Below are positions 5,935 through 14,706 of a DNA stretch of 32,000 nt, piece by piece. The translations under genes were made by a program, and so were the position numbers. Within the stretch, counting starts at the first letter, position 1, and every line of letters begins with the position of its first letter. The notes beneath the pieces were generated by a model. It made no database searches, had not been told where the DNA came from, and saw only the letters and a program-made list of their open reading frames with translations. Source of the stretch: Candidatus Woesearchaeota archaeon (lineage in GTDB: Archaea; Nanobdellota; Nanobdellia; Nanobdellales; CAZNIQ01). The stretch lies in the NCBI GenBank assembly GCA_964573185.1, contig CAZNIQ010000004.1, positions 3,679-35,678 of the forward strand, given 5' to 3'.

Positions 5935-8412
5935 TTAAGGCTTATAAATAATCTCTTTTACTTTTAAATAACTCTTTATCTCTTCTTCAAACGGCTTTAT
6001 ATCTTCTTCCTTAAAAGGTATTTCTATTTTTTCTATTTCTTCTTTCAATTTCAATCCCTTTTCAGTCTTCCACTTCCTTATATATGTAATAGCTTCTAGC
6101 ATTTTTCTTCCTTTCTCAAGAATTTCTTTATCATAGATTTCTACTTTAGGATATTCAGTCTCATGTATAGATTTCTTTCCTTCTCTTTCAGCAAACATTA
6201 TATTATAGATTTCTTCAGTAATAAATGGTAAGAACGGTGCTAGTATTCCAAGTATTTGTCTTAAAACATATAGTAATGTCCATTTTGCTGCTGGATCATT
6301 ATTTTTAACTCTTTCTTTAACTAGTTCTAAATAATTATCTGCAAATATTTCCCAAACAAATTTTCTTATTCTTTTTAGAGCCTCCCAAAATCTATATTCT
6401 TTCATTTGTCCTTCTACAAAATCTATTAATTCTTTTAACTCAGATATTATCCAGATGTCTATTGGTTTTAAGTCTACTTTCGTATTTAAATCTATATCTT
6501 TACAATTCATCCAAATATATCTTGATATATTCCAAAGTTTTATTAAGAATGATTGTCCAGCTTCTATGTCTTTCCATGTAAATCTATAATCATATCCGTG
6601 TGCAGCTAATAAAGCCCAATACCTAAAAGCGTCAGCAGGATATCTCTCTAAAACATCAAATGGTGTTACAACATTTCCTAAAGATTTTGACATTTTCCTT
6701 CCTTTCTCATCTACAATCATTCCGTTGATTAAAACCTCTTTCCAAGGTATTTTGCCTGTCAAAATATAAACCCTATATAATGTATTGAACAACCATGTTC
6801 TAATAATTTCATATCCTTGGGGTCTTAGATTAACTGGTACTTTCTCTTTAGCCAATCTGTAAGCTTCTTCAAATGATTTTCCATCTTTTACAAACGCATA
6901 AACCAATATTGCCAAAGGTGTTATTGATGATTCCACCCAGCAATCCAAAACGTCTTTTACAGGCTCTACTTCCTCTTCTTTACATCCATACTTCTCTAAA
7001 ATCTCTTTAGGCGGTTTTTCTAATCTAGGATCTACGGGTAATTTATCTTTCGGTGCAGGAATTATTATTTCTTTTCCGTCTTTTTTACATATCCAGAAAG
7101 GAAATGGACAACCCCAAACTCTTTGTCTAGAAATAACCCAATCCCAAGCTATAGAATTTATCCAATCAATTAATCTTTGCCTCATCTCTTCAGGATAGAA
7201 CTTTATTTCTTTTTGTATTTCTAATAACTTATCCTTGAATTCTTGAACTTTAAAGAACCATTGATATGTTGGTCTTAATTCTATAGGATGCTGACAATCA
7301 GATCTTTCTGTATGTGCTAAAACGTTATGTTCTATTTCTTTTAGATCATAAAGATAACCTTTTTCTTTCAAAATTTCAATAATCTTTTTCCTAGCTTCCT
7401 GAACCTTTAACCTCTCTATCTCTGGAATATTTGTATTGATTAATCTTCCTTTTTCATCAATTATTTCATAAACTGGTAAACCGTATCTCTTCTGCCAAAC
7501 GATGTCTTGCTCATCACCATAAGTACAAACCCATACAATACCTGTTCCAAACTCTGGATCAACATCTGGATCTGCCTTTAAAGAAACTGTTCTATCTATC
7601 AAAGGAATTCTTATTTTAATTTTTTCTAACTCTTCTTTTGTTAAAGTTCTTTTTATTTTTAACCCTTTTTCTTCAGCATATTTTTTTGAAACTATTAATT
7701 TTTCTTCAGTCTCAACATACTCTCCTTTATCTGAGAATAGGACTATAACACATGCAGGTAACATTTCAGGTCTAGTAGTTGCTATTAAAACGTACCTTCC
7801 ATCTTCGGTTGGCAATTTAATATAAGCTAAAATTCCTTTCATCTTTTTATATCCAACTTCTTGTGCAGAAACTGCAGTTTCACAGTTTGGACACCAATAA
7901 ACTGGATGTTTATCCCTGTATAATAATCCTTTTTCATACATTTCAATTAAAGTATATTGTGTTAGCTTTTTGTAAAGATCATCCATAGTCATATATTCTT
8001 TCTCCAAATCTTGTATTACTCCTGCTTTTAGAAAAGCTTCTTTCATCCTATCCCTAGCCCATAAAGTCCACTCTCTACAAGCTTTTATGAATTCTTCGAC
8101 ATTTTCCTTAGGTATTTTCTTTTTCTTTTCAATCTTTAATTCTGTAGGTAAGCCATGAACGTCCCAACCAATAGGAAAATAAACATTATATCCATGCATT
8201 CTCATATATCTTGCAATAAAATCCATCCAAACAAAACCAAAGACTGTACCTACATGAGGTTCACCAGAAGTAAATGGAGGAGGAGTGTCTATAATATATA
8301 CTTTATCCCATTTTTTAGGATCAAATCTGTAGATATAGAATAGATCCTTTGTCCATCTTTCTAACCACTTTTTTTCTATTTCTTTGAAGTTTGGTCTTTT
8401 AGGAAATTCCAT
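5935..8412 (-). CDS. valS: valyl-tRNA synthetase (class I aaRS)
   Basis: Motifs present: KMSKS, IDTPPPFTSGEPHVGT (HIGH region), GWDVHGLPTE and an editing-domain TTRPEM. The size fits archaeal ValRS. The ORF track starts at TTG 8433, but I prefer ATG 8412 (MEFPKRPNFKEIEKKW). Confidence 0.75.
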   Translation of the reverse strand: MEFPKRPNFKEIEKKWLERWTKDLFYIYRFDPKKWDKVYIIDTPPPFTSGEPHVGTVFGFVWMDFIARYMRMHGYNVYFPIGWDVHGLPTELKIEKKKKIPKENVEEFIKACREWTLWARDRMKEAFLKAGVIQDLEKEYMTMDDLYKKLTQYTLIEMYEKGLLYRDKHPVYWCPNCETAVSAQEVGYKKMKGILAYIKLPTEDGRYVLIATTRPEMLPACVIVLFSDKGEYVETEEKLIVSKKYAEEKGLKIKRTLTKEELEKIKIRIPLIDRTVSLKADPDVDPEFGTGIVWVCTYGDEQDIVWQKRYGLPVYEIIDEKGRLINTNIPEIERLKVQEARKKIIEILKEKGYLYDLKEIEHNVLAHTERSDCQHPIELRPTYQWFFKVQEFKDKLLEIQKEIKFYPEEMRQRLIDWINSIAWDWVISRQRVWGCPFPFWICKKDGKEIIIPAPKDKLPVDPRLEKPPKEILEKYGCKEEEVEPVKDVLDCWVESSITPLAILVYAFVKDGKSFEEAYRLAKEKVPVNLRPQGYEIIRTWLFNTLYRVYILTGKIPWKEVLINGMIVDEKGRKMSKSLGNVVTPFDVLERYPADAFRYWALLAAHGYDYRFTWKDIEAGQSFLIKLWNISRYIWMNCKDIDLNTKVDLKPIDIWIISELKELIDFVEGQMKEYRFWEALKRIRKFVWEIFADNYLELVKERVKNNDPAAKWTLLYVLRQILGILAPFLPFITEEIYNIMFAEREGKKSIHETEYPKVEIYDKEILEKGRKMLEAITYIRKWKTEKGLKLKEEIEKIEIPFKEEDIKPFEEEIKSYLKVKEIIYKP

Positions 8413-8446
8413 AAAGCTTTTAATTAAAACCAATATATAAAATTTA

Positions 8447-9520
8447 ATGGTAGCAATTTTAAATTGTACTGCTGTTCCGTATAACGTTTCAAATGCTCTT
8501 TTATGGTTATATGATCTACTAAATACGCATGTTTCCCTGCCAGAAAAGGATAATAATGCTAAGTATTCATTATATTGTTACATCAACATTTCAACTCCCC
8601 TTGGTTTTAAAATAAAAAATATTTCATTTAGTACATGTAATAGTGGATTCTTATATCTATACCACGAAAAAAATTCTCATGTCTCTAAAGATAATGGTAA
8701 TATCGGTATTTGTTTCTCTTCTCCCTTTAACAAAATAGTTAATGCTATTTGGAGTACGGAAAACCTAAATTACACTTTCGTCCTAAGTCTATATAATTCG
8801 GAAAATTCGCATGTGAGTTTAGAGAGGAAGAATTGGAAATTATATTTTGTACTAAAAGATGAAGAAAAACCGCATACGGAAATAACATATCCACAAAACA
8901 ATTCAATTATCACTACTGTTACTTTCCCAGTAATCTTCAGGGATTATGACAATGGAGGATTATTGTGCTTTTATGAAGTTGGAAACAAAACGTTTGAAAG
9001 AAAATGCAATGGCACAGTTTATATCAATACCTATGACTGTTCGAATCCTTGTATAATAAAATCCATTGTTATAGATTTTGCAGGAAATGTTGAAGAAAAA
9101 ACATACATATACAAGTTAAAAAATGTGCCACTATTAGTACAAGTAGAAACTCCAGACCATATAACAGTTCCGATCTCAAACGCAATAACTACATTTGAAA
9201 TAAGAATAACAAATCCTTCAAATAAAGAAATAAATTTAAGTATAGATTATTCTGTTAAACCTTTAATGAAGGTACCGGAAGCACTTTTACCAAAAATATA
9301 TTTATCTCAAAAACGCCTAATATTAAAACCCGGGGAAACAAAAAAGATAGTTGTAAACATCACAGCTTATAGAATTGGGGATTATCTTTTGAATTTCATC
9401 TTCAAATGGAAAGAATTTCAGGCGAATAGGACAGTATTATTTACAGTATCCCCGATTTTAAGTAAGGAGACAATATCTGTATTTGAAAAAGTGTTGCTTC
9501 CAATACTCTATTTAATATGA
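8447..9520 (+). CDS. putative surface glycoprotein with a CARDB/Ig-like C-terminal domain
   Basis: 357 aa with many N-x-S/T sequons. The motif N-[ST]-H-V-S occurs three times. The segment NPSNKEINLSIDY...LKPGETKKIVVNITA fits a beta-sandwich. The C-terminus is hydrophobic. Confidence 0.5.
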   Translation: MVAILNCTAVPYNVSNALLWLYDLLNTHVSLPEKDNNAKYSLYCYINISTPLGFKIKNISFSTCNSGFLYLYHEKNSHVSKDNGNIGICFSSPFNKIVNAIWSTENLNYTFVLSLYNSENSHVSLERKNWKLYFVLKDEEKPHTEITYPQNNSIITTVTFPVIFRDYDNGGLLCFYEVGNKTFERKCNGTVYINTYDCSNPCIIKSIVIDFAGNVEEKTYIYKLKNVPLLVQVETPDHITVPISNAITTFEIRITNPSNKEINLSIDYSVKPLMKVPEALLPKIYLSQKRLILKPGETKKIVVNITAYRIGDYLLNFIFKWKEFQANRTVLFTVSPILSKETISVFEKVLLPILYLI

Positions 9521-9825
9521 TTGAAGAAAAAATTATAAATATGCTATTACATGAGGATGAAATAAAGGAATTGAAGAAAACTCTAGAAGAACTTGTAAGA
9601 ACCATAGATAAAATCTCTGAGAGAATAAGCAAATTAGAAAATGAAATAATTGGAATTGAAGAAAAGATAAAAGTTCTTGAGAAAGAAATAAATGAATTAA
9701 AGAATATTAAGAAAGAAATTGATGTTATATTTGAAAAAGCTAAAGAAATAGAAGAATTCGGAGAATATAAATTAAAGTATAAGCTTTTAATGGAAAGAAT
9801 AAAAGAATTATTGGATGAAACTTAA
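9517..9825 (+). CDS. coiled-coil protein, hypothetical
   Basis: 102 aa with E/K/I-rich heptad-like sequence. Confidence 0.5.
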   Translation: MIEEKIINMLLHEDEIKELKKTLEELVRTIDKISERISKLENEIIGIEEKIKVLEKEINELKNIKKEIDVIFEKAKEIEEFGEYKLKYKLLMERIKELLDET

Positions 9826-10138
9826 GGAGTTTTGGGAAGCAGAAGCTAAAATGGAAAAGATATATCATGAGAAATTTAAATACGAATTAGTAATTGAAAT
9901 TAAAAATCATTCACCTTATAATAAGAAATTTCTTATATATGGGAAAGCGGAAGGTGATCCTGAAGATGTAATAAAGTTCTATCTTTATACAGGTCTGAAT
10001 TCAAAAAGAACCATTACGGTAGACCATTATTCTAAAAGTAAACTAAGAATATATATTCCAGATGTTAAAGTTAATTTTGTTCTTTTCGTAGAAGATGAAA
10101 AAGGAAATAAAAAAGAATTTACCTTCTCTGTTGATTAA
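9815..10138 (+). CDS. hypothetical protein
   Basis: 107-aa ORF. No family was recognised. Confidence 0.45.
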   Translation: MKLKEFWEAEAKMEKIYHEKFKYELVIEIKNHSPYNKKFLIYGKAEGDPEDVIKFYLYTGLNSKRTITVDHYSKSKLRIYIPDVKVNFVLFVEDEKGNKKEFTFSVD

Positions 10139-11351
10139 TTAACTTTGCTTTTATCATTACTCCTTTTAATGTACAATTTGTTTCACCATTTATTTTAGCT
10201 TCACACATATTTTGGTACTCCCTACACCCACGCTCGTCACAACAAATAACAGGTTGGTATACTTGTGGGCACATCTTTGTAATATTATTTACTTTCTTTC
10301 TAACCTCTTCGACTATCTTTCCAACCCTCCCTCTTATCTTCCGTATTTCTTTTACCAGCTCTCTAACGTTTGCTTTTAAATCTTGCCAGAATAGTTTTTC
10401 TTTCCACTTTAGTATTAAGACTTCATCTAGAGCTTTCAGAGGATTAGTTACGTTTACAGTTATATTATATTTTTTCATTTCTCTCTCAACTATTTTCATT
10501 AATCTCTGTAATCTTTCCTTTAAGATTCTTCTAAATTCTACTTGATATTTTATCATCTTCCTGTACATTTTTTTAACTTTTTTCATTAGTTTTAACTTAA
10601 CTTCTGTAACGTTCGTTATATTAGCAAATTTTATCTTTATACATGGTGTTAAGAACAATTCTCTCAGTTCATACCATGGAATTTTAGGAGGGACTTCGAT
10701 TATTGTAACATTCTCACAAATACGTGGAGTGTAGTTTGTTGTAGATGTAACGATTTCATAACTGATGTTTAAAGTTTGTAAGTCCTTTATTAATCCCGGA
10801 GCGTTAGATAATGTATAAATATAGACTTTTGTAACGTTTAATGTTAGTAAAGCTTCTGCAACATTGCTTTCTAATTTTCCGGGAGGGGTTATCAATAAAG
10901 GTGCCTTTAAATCTATAGCCCTCTCTATAGCTTCTTTAACTAAAGGTACATCTTTTAATTTTAATCCTTCATCAGTAAGCTCCCTAGTAATTAAAACAGC
11001 ATATTTTGATTGGTTCCAAAAGAATAAAGCAACTAATGCAGAAGTTTCATATCTTGTTACACCCCAAATTCTAGTTACATTTAATCCTAAATTCTTTAGT
11101 TCCACCTCTACTTTTGGTGTAACAACATATGGTCCTCCGATAATCACTACTTCCGTAGCATTCAATTTATTTAATGTTTGTATAACATCTGTTGTTAGAT
11201 TATCTCTTGGTAAAATTACTATAGGATAATTGTATATTTTAGACACTACTTCTGCTACTATTGTATCTGCAAAGGTGATATTTGTTGTTCCGATTACTGT
11301 ACTAGCAAAAGCTACTGGAAGAAGAAATAACAAAGTTAAGCACTTTTTCAT
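10119..11351 (-). CDS. secreted protein with cell-wall-binding-repeat-2 (CWB2)-like repeats and a Cys-rich C-terminus
   Basis: Signal peptide MKKCLTLLFLLPVAFAS. CWB2-like patterns are present: YPIVILP...VVIIGGPYVV, RIWGVTRYETSALVA and APLLITPPG. The C-terminus reads CPQVYQPVICCDERGCREYQNMCEAKINGETNC. Confidence 0.55.
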   Translation of the reverse strand: MKKCLTLLFLLPVAFASTVIGTTNITFADTIVAEVVSKIYNYPIVILPRDNLTTDVIQTLNKLNATEVVIIGGPYVVTPKVEVELKNLGLNVTRIWGVTRYETSALVALFFWNQSKYAVLITRELTDEGLKLKDVPLVKEAIERAIDLKAPLLITPPGKLESNVAEALLTLNVTKVYIYTLSNAPGLIKDLQTLNISYEIVTSTTNYTPRICENVTIIEVPPKIPWYELRELFLTPCIKIKFANITNVTEVKLKLMKKVKKMYRKMIKYQVEFRRILKERLQRLMKIVEREMKKYNITVNVTNPLKALDEVLILKWKEKLFWQDLKANVRELVKEIRKIRGRVGKIVEEVRKKVNNITKMCPQVYQPVICCDERGCREYQNMCEAKINGETNCTLKGVMIKAKLINQQRR

Positions 11352-11399
11352 AAGGGGTTACTGGGTTTTATTTTTAAAATATTTCTTAAAAAATTTAAA

Positions 11400-12104
11400 A
11401 TGAAGGCACTTATTCTTGCGGGTGGTTTTGGAAAAAGACTGAGACCTTTGACAGAAGAGAAACCAAAACCTTTAATTGAAATTAAAGGAAAACCTATTAT
11501 CCTCTGGCAAATAGAATGGTTAAAGAAGTACGGAATAAAAGAGGTAATCCTAGCTGTAGGGTACAAAAAGGAGAAATTCTTTGAGTATCTGGGATCTGGA
11601 AAAAGATTTGGTATAAAAATAGCATATGTTGTGGAGGAGGAACCTTTAGGAACTGCAGGAGCTATAAAGAATGCGGAACACTTATTAAAAAATGAAAAGT
11701 TCTTTTTTGTTCTAAATGGAGATATTTTGACAAATATTAATTTAATGAAAATGCTGGAGATCGCTGAAAAAACGGAATATTATGGATATATTGCCTTGGT
11801 TCCGATGAAAAGCCCATACGGAATTGTAGAGTTAAATGATAAAAATGAAATAATAAATTTTATTGAAAAACCGATATTAGAACATTTATTAATTAACGCT
11901 GGGATATACCTATTCAGACCGGAAGTTTTTGACTATTTACCAGAAAAAGGAGATATTGAAAAACAAGGCTTTCCGGAATTAGCTAAAGATAAAAAATTAT
12001 ATGGAATTGTTTTTAGAAACTACTTTTGGAAGAGTATAGATACTATAAAAGATAAAGAAGAAGTAGAAAAATTAGATATCAACAACGCACTCGGCCTTCC
12101 ATAA
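11400..12104 (+). CDS. sugar-1-phosphate nucleotidyltransferase (NDP-sugar pyrophosphorylase)
   Basis: The N-terminus KALILAGGFGKRLRPLTEEKPKPL is the signature G-rich loop. 234 aa. Confidence 0.85.
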   Translation: MKALILAGGFGKRLRPLTEEKPKPLIEIKGKPIILWQIEWLKKYGIKEVILAVGYKKEKFFEYLGSGKRFGIKIAYVVEEEPLGTAGAIKNAEHLLKNEKFFFVLNGDILTNINLMKMLEIAEKTEYYGYIALVPMKSPYGIVELNDKNEIINFIEKPILEHLLINAGIYLFRPEVFDYLPEKGDIEKQGFPELAKDKKLYGIVFRNYFWKSIDTIKDKEEVEKLDINNALGLP

Positions 12105-12542
12105 TCCTTCTTTTACTTTTTCTACATTCATCTCATTATAAGTTATAGCTTTCACTTCTTTTCCTCTCCCATGCTTTTCAGGATTATACTTTTCTCCTTT
12201 AATTTTAAATCTGCAGTACCAAACTCTTATCTTTTTATTATTTACCTTTTTCTCTTTCCTCCTCAAATTCTTTATTTTAACATCTCCTATAGCAAAATTA
12301 TCTATATAAAAAATATCTAGAATCTGCGTTAGAAAATCATATAGAGTTGAAATTATATCTTCTGATTCAAATTCAAATTCTTTTTCTTCTTTGAGTTCCA
12401 CTTTCGAAACATCGTACATAATGTTCATTATTCCTAAAGCCAAAGCTTCAAAAGCTCTTTTTATAGTATTTCCATAGCCAACCACTTTAATATCTGCTGT
12501 ATGTTCTTTATACTCCCAATATCTTAATCCTTGCTTTCCCAT
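12072..12542 (-). CDS. archease (tRNA ligase / tRNA methyltransferase accessory protein)
   Basis: The N-terminus YKEHTADIKVVGYGNTIKRAFEALAL and the C-terminus KAITYNEMNVEK...AECVVDI match the archease family pattern. A lysine-rich insertion is present. Confidence 0.8.
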   Translation of the reverse strand: MGKQGLRYWEYKEHTADIKVVGYGNTIKRAFEALALGIMNIMYDVSKVELKEEKEFEFESEDIISTLYDFLTQILDIFYIDNFAIGDVKIKNLRRKEKKVNNKKIRVWYCRFKIKGEKYNPEKHGRGKEVKAITYNEMNVEKVKEGLWKAECVVDI

Positions 12543-12568
12543 TAAGTAGTTATCTATTGAAAATTTAA

Positions 12569-12623
12569 ATTTCAGTTGCAGTTCGGATCATCATTTTCAG
12601 CGCTCACCCATCTCATCACTTTA
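12569..12623 (-). ncRNA. C/D box sRNA (2'-O-methylation guide)
   Basis: Minus strand: C box GUGAUGA, 12-nt guide GAUGGGUGAGCG, D' CUGA, AA, C' AUGAUGA, 12-nt guide UCCGAACUGCAA, D CUGA. The spacing is the canonical archaeal 12-nt spacing. Confidence 0.85.
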
Positions 12624-12646
12624 AATTTTTCTTACTATTATTTTTA

Positions 12647-13072
12647 ATGCTTATTGTACTTTACAAACTTAAAGACGAAGAAAACATAAAGGAAATTTTA
12701 TTTTTATCTCAAGAATTCAATTTTGATGTTGTTATAATTCATAGAGAAAATGCAAATATCCGGTATGAGGAATTGAAAAAGATAAAGGACTTTAAAATAT
12801 ATTATACATTTGACGATTTCTTAAAAGAGTATTCAAATAAAAAGTTTTATTTTATAGAAACTTACGGAAATAAATTTTTATATGAAGCGGAACTAGACAA
12901 AAATGGGATATATGTTTTTGGAGCAGAAGATTATGGAATACCATATCATGAAATAGAGAAAGTAAAAGATAAGGAAGTAATAAAAATACCTGTGAAGAAA
13001 CCTGGTAGTTATAACGTTACATCTACCGTTGTTATGCTTTTAACAGAACTGAAATGCCGAGGTTTGTTATAA
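12647..13072 (+). CDS. SPOUT (SpoU/TrmH/TrmL-like) RNA 2'-O-methyltransferase
   Basis: The C-terminal knot motifs are present: YVFGAEDYGIP and VIKIPVKKPGSYNVTSTVVMLLTEL. 141 aa. Confidence 0.6.
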   Translation: MLIVLYKLKDEENIKEILFLSQEFNFDVVIIHRENANIRYEELKKIKDFKIYYTFDDFLKEYSNKKFYFIETYGNKFLYEAELDKNGIYVFGAEDYGIPYHEIEKVKDKEVIKIPVKKPGSYNVTSTVVMLLTELKCRGLL

Positions 13073-13464
13073 AGGCTTATGGGCATCCTTTAATAAAAGC
13101 AACACACAAATCTACGTTTGAAATTACAAAAGATAACTATTTAACTCCAAGAGGGGACTGTATTATAGGGATAAAAGCCTCTCACTCAGTAAAGGATTTA
13201 CCAATAGAGCTTAAAGAACACTTAAAGAAAGGCGGCAAAATAGAAATAATATTAAAGGTAGATGATTTAGAAGATAAGATAATTGCGTATGGACACCCTA
13301 ATCTAATTTTAACAAATGAAAGATCTATTGTTGTTAGAAGAAGTACTTTCATAGATGATAGAACTTTAGCTATAAGGGCTAATAAAGCTGCTAAAGACAT
13401 TAGAAGAGATCTTATTGAAGAATTGAAAAAAGAGAAGGAACTAGAATTTATTATTATATGGTAA
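13054..13464 (+). CDS. DUF371 family protein
   Basis: The segment KAYGHPLIKATHKSTFEITKDNYLTPRGDCIIGI matches my recollection of the DUF371 signature (GHxN..A.H.tT.E.Tkd..Lt..GDCI). Confidence 0.6.
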   Translation: MPRFVIKAYGHPLIKATHKSTFEITKDNYLTPRGDCIIGIKASHSVKDLPIELKEHLKKGGKIEIILKVDDLEDKIIAYGHPNLILTNERSIVVRRSTFIDDRTLAIRANKAAKDIRRDLIEELKKEKELEFIIIW

Positions 13465-13516
13465 TCAGCCCCTAGGTTCTTCATCAATCTTCAGGGCTCA
13501 AGACCGTCATCATTTT
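13462..13516 (-). ncRNA. C/D box sRNA (2'-O-methylation guide)
   Basis: Minus strand: C box AUGAUGA, guide CGGUCUUGAGCC, D' CUGA, AGAU, C' UGAUGA, guide AGAACCUAGGGG, D CUGA. Confidence 0.85.
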
Positions 13517-13573
13517 TGTACCCCGGGACAGAGATCGGTGATCACAAATCCCACCGACGTCGCGGCCCGGGGC
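13517..13573 (-). ncRNA. H/ACA box guide sRNA candidate, fused upstream of the C/D sRNA
   Basis: Minus strand: 7-bp lower stem CCCCGGG/CCCGGGG. Pocket strands CCGCGACG and UCUCUGU. 6-bp upper stem UCGGUG/CACCGA. K-loop GGAUUUGUGAU with tandem G.A pairs. ACA at 13519-13517 lies 1 nt after the stem. The C box begins 3 nt later. Confidence 0.6.
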
Positions 13574-13597
13574 TTTTATATATATTTATATAAAAGT

Positions 13598-13604
13598 TTA
13601 TAAT
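13598..13604 (-). promoter_or_regulatory. TATA-like box (TTATAAA) for the H/ACA-C/D unit
   Basis: It is centred about 28 nt upstream of the first G of the H/ACA hairpin (13573), within a pure A/T tract. Confidence 0.4.
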
Positions 13605-13706
13605 ATTTTAAAATACATTAAAATCAGATAGTTTGTGTGGGTTTAAAAATAAAGCGATTAGGAAGTTGTAGAAAAATTTTATAAACCCCGATGAACTCTA
13701 AGTTTT

Positions 13707-13904
13707 ATGCCCAGGAGAGGTAAGACCTTAAAAGAGGTTATCTTAGAATGTGCCTCCGAACCAAAAACAAGAGACGAAATAGTACAATGTGTAAAGAGGA
13801 GAAAGCCAAGAACAAGGCCAAGAGTAATTAAAGCATTAATAACAAAGATGCTAAAGAAGGGAGAATTAAAAGAAACTTCTGACGGAAAGATCGTAAGAGC
13901 TTAA
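13707..13904 (+). CDS. small basic protein, possibly winged-helix DNA/RNA-binding
   Basis: 65-aa ORF with an ATG start. It is K/R-rich (RRKPRTRPRVIKAL) and ends in GELKETSDGKIVRA. No family was recognised. Confidence 0.45.
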   Translation: MPRRGKTLKEVILECASEPKTRDEIVQCVKRRKPRTRPRVIKALITKMLKKGELKETSDGKIVRA

Positions 13905-13938
13905 ACTCCTTTTTAAATTTTTCCTTAAATAAATTTTT

Positions 13939-14706
13939 GTGTATAAGAAAAAAGGTTTACCTGAGGAAGGGGATTTAGTGGTATGTACCGTAACGAAAGT
14001 TGAAAAAGCAGCTGTTTTTGTTGATTTAGACGAATATGATGCTAAAGGAGTAATACGTATTGATGAAGTTGTTGCTGGAAGAATAAGAACTTTGAAAGGA
14101 ATAGTAGAACCCGGAAGAAAAGTCGTTTGTAAGGTTTTAAGAGTAGATCCATATACAAAGATTTTAGAATTATCGATAAGAAGAGTTTCTGAAGGACTAA
14201 AAAGAGCAAAATTAGCTGAATATAAAAGAGAACAGATCGCAATACAATTAGTAGAATCATTATCAAAAAAATTAGGAATACCTATAGAAGAGACACATAA
14301 AATACTAGATAAATTATATGAGTATACAGATTTACTTTATCCTTTCTTTCAAGAAGTTGTTTTAAAAGGTCCAGAATTATTAAAACAAGCAGGCGTTCCA
14401 GAACAATATGTACAACCTTTGTACGAATTAATAAAACAAAGAATTCCACCACCTGAATATATAAAAGAGGGGGAAGTGATTTTACAAGTTATACATAAAG
14501 AAGGAATTAGGATAATTAAGAACATGTTATTGGAAGCTTCTAAAAGATTTGGAGTTGAATGGGTATATTATGGAGCACCAAGATATGGTTTTAAATTGAA
14601 AGCATACGATCCTAAGGAATTAAATCAGAAGTATAAGGAGTTTAAGGAATTCTTAGAAAAGGAAGCCGAAAAGTATGATGCTTACCTTGAGATAAAAGAA
14701 AAATGA
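13939..14706 (+). CDS. eif2a: translation initiation factor aIF2 alpha subunit
   Basis: GTG start. An S1 domain is present (LPEEGDLVVCTVTKVEKAAVFVDLDEY...GVIRIDEVVAG...ELSIRRV). 255 aa. It is followed by nop10, as in the conserved archaeal operon. Confidence 0.85.
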   Translation: MYKKKGLPEEGDLVVCTVTKVEKAAVFVDLDEYDAKGVIRIDEVVAGRIRTLKGIVEPGRKVVCKVLRVDPYTKILELSIRRVSEGLKRAKLAEYKREQIAIQLVESLSKKLGIPIEETHKILDKLYEYTDLLYPFFQEVVLKGPELLKQAGVPEQYVQPLYELIKQRIPPPEYIKEGEVILQVIHKEGIRIIKNMLLEASKRFGVEWVYYGAPRYGFKLKAYDPKELNQKYKEFKEFLEKEAEKYDAYLEIKEK

